A stretch of DNA of 46,513 nt from Perkinsus olseni. Taxonomy: Eukaryota. The translations under genes and the position numbers were made by a program. The DNA lies in contig JABANN010000259.1 of NCBI GenBank assembly GCA_013115125.1, positions 1 to 46,513 of the forward strand. The letters run 5' to 3'. Positions 22,326-34,453 of this stretch are shown in pieces. Below the pieces are notes generated by a model. It made no database searches and was not told the origin of the DNA. It saw only the letters and a list, made by a program, of their open reading frames with translations. Every line of letters starts with the position of its first letter. Position 1 is the first letter of the stretch.

Positions 22326-23112
22326 ATGAACCCGTCAACGAAGGCACCAGCCCCTTCACCTGCACTTGGCGGATTCTCGACTACTGCTACTGGTCTCAAG
22401 CTACGAGTTCAGAATGTTGCAAAGACACTGCAGGTAGCCGACGAGCCCAACCCTGCCGGAATTCCGCGGTTCGCGCGGAGGTGGAACGTTTGAGCTCTGC
22501 TACAGGACAAATGAGAGACCCCTCCATATAGCGTGGATGATGTGGTCTATACCAGCCGCGGTTTCTCTCAGAATCAGACGGATGTCCTAGGAGAGGACCG
22601 AACCTACCTCAACCATATCAAGTCCGCGACCTCCTCTGCTGACCACGGACTCACCAAAGAACTGGACGATATACAACGGTACTCCTACTCGAGTATGGGG
22701 GCACATCTCAGAGCTCAGATACTTCCAAGCCGAGTTGCAGCAGATGGACGAAGACTTCAAAGTTAAGGTAAGCTTATTCGATGGCATCCGAAAGAACGCA
22801 GTGCGTCTGGTCGTCGTGCTTCCCCACTCGTTGGTTTGGCTTCATCGCCTCTGACGAGTGGTGCTCACAAGACGCTGAGGCGTCCTCAGCGGGCAGGCTC
22901 CTGTGCATAATGAAGTCACCTGTTCAGGTGGATGTCCAGAAGAACGAGAATGTCCGCCTGCAGCAATGCCTCACCACATTGAAAAGTAAGCTCATTCCAC
23001 TGTTCAAGGTACCCATTGATTTTATTCAGCTGAAAAGACCATGCTGCATCAGCAAATCATCTCAATGCAGCACAAAGTGGAGGAGATAGAGGAAGAAATT
23101 GGCTCGGAGTAG
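22326..23112 (+). CDS. Small coiled-coil hypothetical protein, multi-exon
   Basis: MNPSTKAP...LKLRVQNVAKTLQ|NQTDVLGEDR...LTKELDDIQR|YFQAELQQMDEDFKVK|VDVQKNENVRLQQCLTTLK|..EKTMLHQQIISMQHKVEEIEEEIGSE* with GT-AG junctions. Confidence 0.7.
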
Positions 23113-23407
23113 CGAGGTGATAACCGAAAGGTCTCTCCTGCGGAATTCGGTACTCCGGAGATATCTCCAGCTCGAGTCCCCTCTTCTGTCTATTCGTTAG
23201 CCGCTCGTCTTCTTCTCAGGCATGTGTATGTAATCTACAGTAGAAGAGCATATTATCATATAGATGTACAAAATGATGACGCATGTCGTTGTGTGTGGGC
23301 ATTGCACTGCACCTAGTCGAGTTCCTCACGACTCCCAAGGGGTTAATAATGCGGCAATAGGTCTCTCTTCTGCAGGGTGTAGGCGGATCTGCCGAAGTTC
23401 GACTGAA

Positions 23408-24654
23408 ATGACTCAGCCCGTCATCCAGGATTCACCGCGCATGAAGAATGAGGATGGCATTAAGGTCGACCCTCGCAGCACGTTCGACTACTACGGTGCA
23501 TGCTACGATGTATCGTCGGACGGGAAAATACGAGAATGTCGACGACTCACGGTGAACTCAGCAGAGTATTACGCTCGAGTCGCCTACAAATCCCGTGAGA
23601 ACGATTCCTCAGACCCATGCCCATCGAGACTGAGTGGTTCAAAGGCCACATAATGGTCATGCACAAGCCCCCAGGTCCGGATGGCACGCCCTTCCGGTAT
23701 CTAGACTATCTGGGATCCAAGCGCAGGTGAGTTGCTTGTACCAGCCCGACGGGATGACCATTCTCTTCCAGGCGCTGGGAGATGCGGTGGCAAGGCCGGT
23801 TCAAAAAGGAAGTCCCTTCCGACTTGCGGTTCGGCCTCGAAGTCGATAACGATCCGCCGGAGCTCGGCTTTGCAACACGCACGCTGGTGCGAATCCTCTT
23901 CAAAGTTGCTTCGCGACTGGCTGAGGCCCGAGGGTCTCATTTGTACTGCAATTATGGAAGCCAGCGGCACAGCGATCATGGTGCTACGTACTTCATGTTT
24001 CCACTACAGTCCGCGGATACGGTCTTGGAGCACGACCTCGACGACCCGACTATCCCGGCTATCTGCACGAACGAGAACTTGAAAGGGACAGTGCCAATTA
24101 AGCACAAGTTTAGAACTGATAAAGTGTACACGTTCTGTTACTATTCTATGTACTGCGATTTTGTCACTTGGGATATCCGAAACGTCTTCGGCGTATCCGG
24201 CACTTGTTTGAAGTCTATGCTCGGTCCCCAGCCATTCCGCATTGCCCTGAAGGATCCTGTCAGAAACGAGTATTACATGAACATGCTCCTAGCGCATAGA
24301 ACCCTGACTCGAGAGTGGGCGGCGCATTTCGAGAGCCAGGACCAGGAAGAGCTGCAGAGGGAGCATAGTGTTGCAAGCTTCTACTCCGCAGTCAGCGGCA
24401 ACGAGAGCCCCAGTGCTTCCAATGCACACACGGTGAGTTCACCTGTGAGCTGCACGAAGAGGTCAATAAGATCGCGTATTTGGCAGTGGGTGTTCGTGCC
24501 TTGTATTGCTTCACGGAAACGACTTGCAGAGCAGAGCTCTCGTGCATGCCAAGAGATTGTTATTAGCTCATTACCACCACCTACCGTCAGCAGGCAGCCT
24601 ACGAACAAGAGGCAACGGCGCCGACAGCTTGCTCGACCTGGGCAAAGATTCTGA
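23408..24654 (+). CDS. DUF1769-domain protein, paralogue B (two short introns, second at 23727-23771)
   Basis: PIETEWFKGHIMVMHK...YLGSKRR|RWEMRWQGRFK...LRFGLEVD...KVYTFCYYSMYCDFVTWDI. Colinear with paralogue A. Confidence 0.8.
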
Positions 24655-25130
24655 CAATACTACTGTACCATTTTGAAGTAGATCGCTCATCACGGTATTA
24701 CTGTGGAGCAGCACGTGCTTGTCGACGACGATGTTCAAGCTATTTGAAGTTTCGAGTTCAAGTTACCACAAAGGGACCCTCTCGCGATTAACGTACACCG
24801 CACAAGGGACAGTTAGAAGAGTGTAGTGATTAGAAGTCGTAATGACGTCGAATTCGCGTTTACCCTTGGTGCACACTGTTAACGCAGGTCTCTTGATAAA
24901 GTACCGTTCATGTCAGTAAGACCACGGAAAGCATGCAAAGATTTCATGAAGATGCTCGTCAAATGACCAATGGAATGACTAAGAAAGCTCGAAAGTTTGG
25001 ACTTCCATTGTCACTGGACTAATGCTGGGACGCTGGTTCAGCAATGGGCTCGTCGAAGCCAGCAGACCTTGCATCCGGGGCTACACCCCGCTTGAACCCT
25101 CTTTCTTCACCGGAGCTACCACATGATCTC

Positions 25131-28100
25131 CTAGTAAGAGCAGCTGTCCTCGCGGTAGGTAGAGGGAGAGCCTGCCCCCTTAGCCGTCAGAGGCGGCAAA
25201 GCCTTGATACGAACAAGCTTAGGCAGGACAGTTTTGACTCCCTCAGATGGCCGTTTCAAGCAGATAGTGTCCGCTGGTTGCAGCTCCTGTTCAAGCCCCC
25301 TCCACGGCTTTATCTTGCTACCTATAGAGGGCCCACCTCCACGGCCTGGATTCACGCCCACTCCAGCCGGATCGGCGAAGGTCCCACAGGTTTGCCCATG
25401 GCGGCTCGACGTTGCAAGGCCACCGTTTCCTCGCGCAGCCGACATCGAGAGGCTTAAATTCGGTTTGCCCACGTCGAGTACCCTCCTGCCACCCTGTCCG
25501 GTACAACAACCCCTCGAACCGTTTTCAAACAGACTCTCTGCCGGCTTGACTCTAGGCGATGGTTTGATTGCCTCACTCGTGCAGTTCGTTATCTTTCCAA
25601 ACACGCCAACCCCTCCCAAACAATCCTCCAGTGACATTTCGTGATCGACACGCCCAGTACGGTCAGTAGCCCGAGGTGAGCTCTCCTTGGATGCCTTGAG
25701 CGCCGAATCCACCCCACGCTCTGCCCTACACCCTCCCCTGCTCGTCCTCGCTTGCCCCGACCTATTTGTCCCACAGCCCGCAACCGGCGCCGTGTTACAG
25801 GTCTGCACTACGGGCTCCTGGTAAAGCATCGTTGCGCGACCATCCTCCAACGTTGCCTCGATAAGTCTCCTCTTGACTTTGGGAGAGGCGCGATCACAGC
25901 AGCTGGTGGCCCGGGTTACTTCTGTTTCTACTGGAGGTTCACAGCCCGCGGGGGCAATCGGGCCCAAGCCGAAGAGTTCGGCTGGTGATGCAGTGAGAGG
26001 TCCCCGCCGTGCTAGAGATGGGCCGCTGCGCTTCTGGCGAAGGTTGAGTTGCCGAGCACTGCTAGAGGATCCCGGCACACATTTCACAATCTGACAGCGA
26101 ACTCGTGGACAGCCCAGGGTGGCGGCTTTCTAGAACTGGCACCTACCCGAGATGAGGTGACTGAGTGCATCTTCCATAGCCTCATCTGCTCTGTTCTTCG
26201 AGGGGTGTCTCCCACGGACCTGCGACAATCGCCGAGTTCGGAGACGCTGTGGAAATCCGATAGCCACTTCCGAAAGACCATTACGCGAGCTCGTGCCAGG
26301 CGTCTCACCTCGCTGCGTTTGACCCTCGGCACAGGCCAAACCCATCGATGATCAGTAGTGAGGGAGATGAAAGCGGCCGGAGACAATAACGACGGAACTC
26401 TGAGTCGGGGTGTGTTCGACCGAAAAGGCTGAGCTGATTACTCTGTCGGCGATCGAGCAACCTTCGTCGCTTCAGTTTACGTCTTTCCCATGGAGAGAGA
26501 ACAGTCTCCAGCTGGGGCAGGTAGACGACGGCGCTGGCCTGAAGCGAGCACGTCAACCAACAATCGTTCTGCTGATGGCGGCACCCTTGCTCTGGAAATG
26601 ATGTCAACTTCGCGGACGCAGGTAGTACGATGGACAACGCTACGACAACGATCCTCACCACCATCCTTGAAGGCTGAGAACATCGTCCCAACCAAGGAGT
26701 AGCCAGATAACCGGGAAGACTTCATCGGGCATTTATCTGTGGACTGGCCAGTCTCCCTAAATGCGAAGCGAATGGCAAACTACCCTCTTCTCTGCCGTCC
26801 TCTTGGGGAGAGAAGGCCTCTGAAGTGTCTCCGACCATCCGACTTGCATTGATAATACGGCGGAAGATGCCCGTAAAAGTGGAGAGCCCGTGCTGGGCGC
26901 TCTGTTCGCACCCCAATCCCTCGCCCACCTTCGACGCTTCTAGAGACTGTCTTCCACCGGCCGTTGCTCTACAGATGAAAACGGAACAGTCGTCTAGCGT
27001 GGCCAACCACCAACGAGCGGGGGAGGATCTCGGTAGTTTGGTCGAGTCATGTCTAACTCACCCAATTCGTCGTGCACGCAAGGGGACCCTCCTCCCTGGA
27101 GCCGGTAGACGGTCGCTCGGCGGTGCCACAATCTGAAGCTTACTCAGGTTGAACGACTAGCGCCTCCCTCGTCCGGGACCCACACTCACATGCGTAGCGA
27201 GTTCCTCTTTCGTGAAGTAACGACGAGAGAGAAAGCACCTCGAACAGAGATCAGGTGTTCAACAGAGCACTCACAGGACCCTACTGGGATAGCCGCTGCC
27301 TGGGCTTCGGGGCGAGCCTCGATCCTGCGGAGGTCTTCTCTTCCTCTTCCTCCTCTTCTTGCAGCTGTCGCCGGTCCTGTCTGAGTTTCTCTGCGTTTAT
27401 CTCCTCGAACATGTCGTCCACTCGTTTTCTCCATTCATCGTACCGCCGCTCCTGTCACACGACTGAACGCGCAGCATTGACCCCTCTGCCGCTCCTACTT
27501 GGTACTCATCCAACTCATTCGCTTTACAGCGGATAGTTGGACTATCAGCATCGCGAGCCTTCTGCACAGGTTGAGCCATCGCTGGGCCGCTGTGTACCTG
27601 ACCGCCACGATCAACCTCGCATTATAACCGCCCAATTACGTTATCAACTTCGGGCCACTGCCGCTCAAGGTCACTCACAGGGCGCTCATACTGGTGGAGT
27701 GATTGGTCCCATGTAACAACCTAAACGAGGCTGATTTATGCATTCGTTCTTGGACTGAGGGTCACCCGCCGACTCACAGCAGAACCCTCTGTCTCGAGCG
27801 GAAGTTCGTAGTCCTCAAAACTAGCGTCCACTAGCATCGATGTCAGGGCGTCCTCCAACGAAGCCTTAGCAGCCCCCTGAGGTTGATTGAGAATACCACA
27901 CTCTTCCTAAACGGTCTACGATGTTCCATGTCACCTCGGAGGCTCCAAGCTCAGCGCATTGACGGTCGGAGTCTGATAGTCGAGCTATAAGAGAGGACCC
28001 GCACGCGCCACACTACCGACCATCATGCGTATCCTCTACTGGGCTGACGCCCATAAGGACGCTCTTCAATCGATACCACTCGTTCCGGAGCTCTCCGGCC

Positions 28101-30245
28101 ACCTAGCATTGGAACCTCGGTATCAAATCGCCAACGGCAACTGACTCACCAGACCGCTACTCGGGTCGTGCGCGGTACTTTTCCGCTCGAGTATCCCAAG
28201 CAACTCCTCTATGACCAGCAGCCTAGTCTTAGGCGGGATTTCTTCAAGACGGTCTCGAAGGATCGGGAAGCTGACAGAATTTTCAGATATGCTCAGTCAG
28301 AACGGACAGGACGTGCTCAAGGTGAATTGGAGCGCTCTCTTCAGTCTTCTGTCTTCCCACCAAACCCACTTCTTGTGCAATTCCTCAGCGCTGGACTGCT
28401 GCATCGCAGCTATGAGATAGCCTAGCTGCGTGATCTCCTGTCCAAGCCGTTCCGCGGCTGCCACAAGATGCACGCTAACGGAGGATCTGCGACGTCTCCG
28501 GGGATCCTGCACGGCATGAATCTTCTCGATCTCCCGGTCAACCTCCGAGGCTACCTTCTGAGCCACTGCTACCACACCGCAACCTTGAACATTCAGGTCA
28601 GAAGATCCCGCAAAAAATGCGCTCTGACGAGGACTCGAGAGACCCCCATGCCTGGGGCGGCCACCATAGACGTTACTGCAGCCTGGAGATAGATCTCGAA
28701 CTCGATCTTGCTCGCCAACAGCTGCAAAGGGCGTCCTCAACTGCCCAACCAAAGGCGAGAAGCTACTCACAAGTGGTCGGAGATTCCATAACGGGTCTGC
28801 CGACGATGTGCCTTTCACTACCCAAGTCATCGCCTCTCGTTTGAGCCGCCATGCGCCCCTCCTCCTCGCCTGGTACGAGCTCTGATCCAGCCGCTAGTCC
28901 AACGGCGATGAAGTAGCTCCGAGATTCATCGTGTGTTTCCACTGCGGATCTCTGCTCTATGGTTTGTGCGTGTCGCGCAGCCGGATTAGATTCCCGCTCC
29001 TGCACGACCATATCTTCCGTATCTGAAACATCCGCGATGCGATAGTGACTGCGTTCAACTGAGGGCACTTGAGGATAACAGGTCAGGACGAAGGCGGTGG
29101 TCTGCACCGACGCTCTCCCCTCGACTTGAATGCTGTGCGTGGCTCTCGTCACCCACAACTGAACGGAGCGTTCAGCCACGCGAGCCGCTGAAATATCACC
29201 TACCAGACTCAGAAGCCTCTTCTGCGGGATTTGGGGTAACCTCGGCTCCGCTGCCAGAATCATGACTTCTTGTCTGAGCCGCAGCAGGCCCGTCCTCCTC
29301 AGTGCGTTCCAACTGGATCTGTCGGGCCCTGGTTATCCTGCGTTTCCAGAACCTCTCAAGCTTCTCCGCGACCGCTATCTGCTCCGTCAGGCGTCTACGC
29401 TCCACAGCCAAGTCCTCCTCTTCAAGCGTCTTAGCTCTACTCGGCGTCGCTCGGTTTCTTGTATCTGAGGTCCTCTCAGTCTACCGCGACCCCTTGACTT
29501 CCCCGAAGGCCATGTGTCCGACTAGAGTCGAGACTCAAACTACGGGGGGCTGAGCTCACGTATGGACGGCGGTACACAGCAGTGGCTCACATCAGGTGCC
29601 CTCACACGCAAGAGACACTATGGTGGTTCTGATGATGACGTCAATAGCGTAGAGAGGAGCAGGGAGCAGACGTGTAGCCGTTTGGCCTCCCGTAATGCAC
29701 ACTCACCTGCAAGCCTCGTCGCAGCTATAACGGTGCGTCCACCTTGTTTGAACCTCTGTAATGGACTGATACGACTGAGGGGCACGTCAACGAAGAAGCC
29801 GTGGAGCTCCATATCATTCCGTACCTCTTTCGGCCGTCCCTTGGGAGAGAGGGCGCTGTCACGGATCGGCGAGGACGCCACAGCGAGGATCGTTTCTTGT
29901 CAACCACGACCACCTAGACGATAAAACTTGCCCACTACGTCAGCGCAACCGGCAACTAACCTTCGACTCCCTCTCTTCCCTCTTGGCTGCTATCCGCGCG
30001 TAAACTCCATAGAGAATCAGCCGGACCGCCTGAGAACAAATCTGCGGCGATGTCGATGAGCAGGACTTGCACCCGTGAAGGGTCGAAAATTTCGAGGTCC
30101 TCGCCCTCTTGAGTCTTCTCACGGAGCGCGATAATCTGAATCATCCGACAAATCAGGACAAGAAAAGGGCCGGGGGGCCGCGAGAGCTCCACGAGCCCAC
30201 CTCAGAGCGAGTTCTCGCCCCCTCCTCACGAATCACTGAGTTCAT
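25131..30245 (-). CDS. Large hypothetical multi-exon gene (possibly more than one gene), coiled-coil and low-complexity
   Basis: Chain of minus-strand open segments from ATG 30245 (MNSVIREEG...) through 29196-29411 (coiled coil), 28297-29263 and 27186-27579 to the 318-aa ORF at 25131-26087. It may extend to ~24800. No domain recognised. Confidence 0.4.
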
Positions 30246-30339
30246 TGCGGCTACTCGCAACGCGTGACCTCGAAAATCCTCGTACCTACAGTGCGTTCAG
30301 GTCTGATTCAGAATTGGTTTACATTCAGAACTTGAAATT

Positions 30340-33300
30340 CTATGCCCGGACTGCTACTCTGGTGCGAGACCTCTCACACTTGGCACGCTTCCGGAATCAG
30401 AAATACTGATCACCTACTTGCACAGCAGCCTTTCGAACTCCTCCCTTTCCTCCTCCTCTGGATCTGGCAGAACCTCCTCAGCATCCGCCTCCTACAATCG
30501 CTACACATCCGCCCGAGGTACCCAAGCCAGGACTCACCTCCCCCAACAGCTCCCGTACGAGTTCTCGGTATCCCGGATAGACATGAGTGAATCGCTCGAT
30601 TTTAGCGGGGAGATGCTGCAGCGCACGGTTAACCTGCATAGGAATTAACAGGCCCATGTGATCGAAGGCAAGGAATGACTAGACGCACAGATGGTCGTTT
30701 CGGCGCTACACCACGACCGTCGTTCTCACATCAGCCGCTTTCACTTCCCATAGATGCTCCGGCGTATGCGCTAGTTTCTCCAAGGCCGTAGTTAGCCACT
30801 CAATGCCGCCTACGGCACGCCGATGCGCATTCCTAGCCTCTGCGATGAGCTCCTCTTGCGCAGGCTCAAGATAGATCTGACACACTGAGGGCTGCAACTC
30901 AGTTAGGCCAGGCAGACTTCTCTCCACGCCCAGGGGGGACGCCACGTACATCGTCTGGAACCCCAGGTTCTCTTGAGAGGTAGCTCCGGACTTTCCTGCT
31001 GAACGCGATACCCCTGCGGTACAACATTGCAGAGAGAGTGTCGAAGCGGCGGGTAGCCTAAAAAGAGAGGAGATGATTTCGCTTTCAGCCCAGCTGGACT
31101 AGGAGCGGTTTGCCCCACAATTACCTCCTCGAATTGAGAACGCTGAGCTAGGCAGTCTTTCTGAGCTTTTCTGCTGTCAAGCCAGACCCCATAAGGGATC
31201 GTTTGTTGCCGACCTCCGGTCGTTTCAGCCTCCTTTCGCCCCGAGATGGGCCCGCTGGGGATTGAAGAATCCAAGCTCATCTCGGCCAGCCTCTGAGAAA
31301 CAGCACGGGTGTGTCACAATGTCAACCAGAATGCATCCAATTGACCCACTTGTTCGGCAGCTTCGATCCTTTCTACTAGGATTTGGCGTTCCGAGCTGAG
31401 GTGCCTAGCCCTCCGTAGATGTGCCTCCCACTCGGAGTTTCCCTCGAGTGCGCCCTCGAACTGAGGCGGAGACTCCACGCCACTAGCAGCGCCCTCCCTG
31501 TACGCTACCTCTGAACTGACTATCTCCTGGATTTTCCTTTCGAGCATCCCTCTTGTGTGAGCGATCTTCTCTTCCACCGCCTTCTTACGAGCTTCTAACT
31601 TCGTATGCCTCCTGTCGACTGTGTCCTGAGATCGAACAATGATCGAGTGCAATTCACGAAGGGAGCTCACTTCTAGCACAGCAGCACCGTTCGAGTAGCT
31701 GGACACCGAGTCCGACGATAAGTCGGCCTGACGGACAGATCCACGTGGGGTGGTGAAGTCGCTGTCATGTATGGGCAACTCTTCGTGTCCTTCCGAAGCA
31801 ACCTGGCAGTGCCCAGCTGGCGACGCCAATGCTCTAGTAGCTGGCAAACGGACCTCAGCCGTTCCCTCCGAACTCTCCAGGGCGACTATAAGCTTGAGAT
31901 TGGTACTCTCCGTGACAGCTGTTGTGTGCGCTTCATGCGGAATAGATGCCTGAGCACAGCAATCACAGCGTTCTTCGAAACTCGTGAAGTGATTCCAGCT
32001 AAGTGCCTCCGCGATCAATCCTAGCTTGAAGTTGAATATCGGGTGATTCCTGACTGCCCGCGAGAATGCTGCGAGAAGGCTCTCAGACGGTGCGAGACAG
32101 ATTGAGCAATTTTACAACAACCACGACCTCAACGTCGTCTTTCATCTGGCAAACTTCACTTCCACATCGCAATGAATTGAATACCATTTCGAGAGACCTT
32201 TCCGTCATTTTCGCAGCCCGCGTTAATGCCTGGTACGGAAGGCAGGAAGCTCAACTGAGTCTCCGAAACCCCCGGATTTCTTACGCGTTTGTCTCTTCTC
32301 GCCCGCGCGGTTTGAGCCTGTAAACTTATCTTGCCGTACAATGCAGCCATGCCCTTGTACAGAGAGAGCACATACGTTTGTATGGACAATTTAGCGATGC
32401 ACGCAGAGTCGGCAAGCGCCTCCTTCAATCGCGGCTCCTCCCGAAGCGCCATCAGCTGATACAGTTTCAGCCGCCTATCGGTGTAGCGATGTCTGAAAGT
32501 GGCCGAACTGCGACTACTAATAACGAGGCATCTCGGAGAACGGCGAGCAAAGGACGTCGCTACCTGACCCCGAGCGAGTTGATATCGTCCAGAATTGCCA
32601 CGTACTCCTCGAACTTAGCGGTGTAGCTGTCCATGACACGGCGCATCTGGGTCTTGGCGTGAGCGATCTCTCTCCCTCGAACTTGTCCCATCGAAGATGC
32701 TCCCATCCTGATTCGTCTGGCGTCGAGCCATGATTCCCGCAAGGCGTGAAGCCCTCCCCTAAACGACGACCTCGCATACGTGTCCACTACGGTGAGCAAC
32801 CACGGAAAGACAGAAAATGGTGACCTGCACCACCTGCGAGCGTTTTTCCTTTGTTTGTGTGGCGGGACGCTCATTTCCTCCAGGCAGACGTTCGCGGCAC
32901 TTGTCACAACCCTGGCCTGAAAGGAACGTCTCGCCAAGAGCAGCCTGGCTGAGAGAGTCCAACCTGCTGTTGGATACGGTCGTAGCAATGCAGCAGCTCG
33001 ATGAGACCTTCCGATCGTGAACCTGCGGTCAGTTTTGAACCGTGGGACCGACGAGAGGGGTTTTTTAAGCTTGCTGGAGGTTTTTACGTTTCGGCGGCGT
33101 CAATGGTGGAGGGGCATCTTCCTCCAAAGCCCAAGGCTCATCGATATTGTCTGAAAGGGATTGCTGATCTGGCTGAGAGATCAATGATCATCGTTAATGT
33201 ACAGGGAAAATGAGTACATCAGACCTCTATGTAGTTCGTCGGATAGGACATTGGCGTGGCGGCGTCTCGTGAAAGTTTACACAGATCAGACGGAGGTTTG

Positions 33301-34100
33301 AGTATGATAGACTTGCCTTTCTCGAAAAACTCGGGAGGCCCTGCGATGATGTCCTGGACCTCATCGATAACTTCAATCTCACACGACTCTTCGTCGGAGC
33401 TGAGACGAAAAAGACGTATGCGCCTCGGAGCCGAATGATTCCTCTCCGATCGTTGAACGGGAGCAGTCGTTAAGCACCAGTCGGCCAGCCTTCCGAATAT
33501 CTCTTGCACGATATTCGTAACGCCCGAGCGAGAGCTCGATCTCGTGGCCCTGTGGGGGAGCACAGCTCGACGTGTAGAGATACCTAGGGGACCTACGATT
33601 CCCTTATCGTCCAGGGAAATTCGTCGTCACCGCACACCAGAGACTCAGCGAGGACCTAATTGTGGAGAGGTTCTCTAGCGATGAACGAGAACGATGAGTC
33701 ACATGACGCCCCACCCGATCAGGATCATCTCCCTGCAGTAATCTCGTCAATAGAGATATCGTGAAGCTAGCCCTCCGGTGCATCTCGGTGGGTCCCACTC
33801 CTTCGCGGGCGTTGAGATTCCTGACACGGCACTGCTTCTAGAATGCTCCCATATCCATAGCAAGGTCGGCTAGGGCCCGAGCAGCCTCACCTTGTGCTCA
33901 TCCGGTTCTGGGATCGCCTGCATGGTGCGAAAGGTGTTGGAAGAACAGCCGACGTTGAAACTGAGATTAGTGGATGTTCGTTGGGAGGTGCATGCTACTG
34001 CTCCCCACCTATTGGCACCAAAGGCTTCAGTGGAACGCTAGTATCCGTCCGTGCCGGCTGACTAGAGTGAAGTTTTGTGAAGCGACGGCGACGTGGTGAG
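30340..34100 (-). CDS. Large hypothetical multi-exon coiled-coil protein
   Basis: Chain of minus-strand exons (33219-33563, 32560-32760, 32156-32452, 31314-32018, 30706-30900) ending ...EEEREEFERLLCK|VAVRA* at 30340. The start is not resolved. Confidence 0.45.
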
Positions 34101-34453
34101 GCACGGTTATGAGCAGGATGCGTCAGGAGCCCATCGTGGCGCATCGAAGGGAAAGCTTACGATGAAAACAAATCATAGTAAGACACAGTTCGAGGTGCCC
34201 GCACTTTACGGAGGAGAGTGAAGAAATCTTGCGCAGTTAGTGCTTGGTTGAGGAAATGAAAGTGCGGCTAAGTTGAGCAAGTTTACCCTCCGACAGCAAC
34301 AAATCGGCAAACGGGCCTTTGGTAATCCGTACTGCGATGATGAAACCAGGGAAGGCTGCTTTAGGGTTTGCCGCGCGGAGACGAAAAGAGATGATTCGAC
34401 TTTCCGAGTTAGGGTCTAGGGAGCTAAGGAGACGCTTCTGGCAGTCTTGAGTG

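Noticed and set aside
30560-31600. Faint resemblance of the coiled-coil C-terminus to MAP65/Ase1/PRC1
   Set aside because: The similarity is too weak to call without an HMM search.
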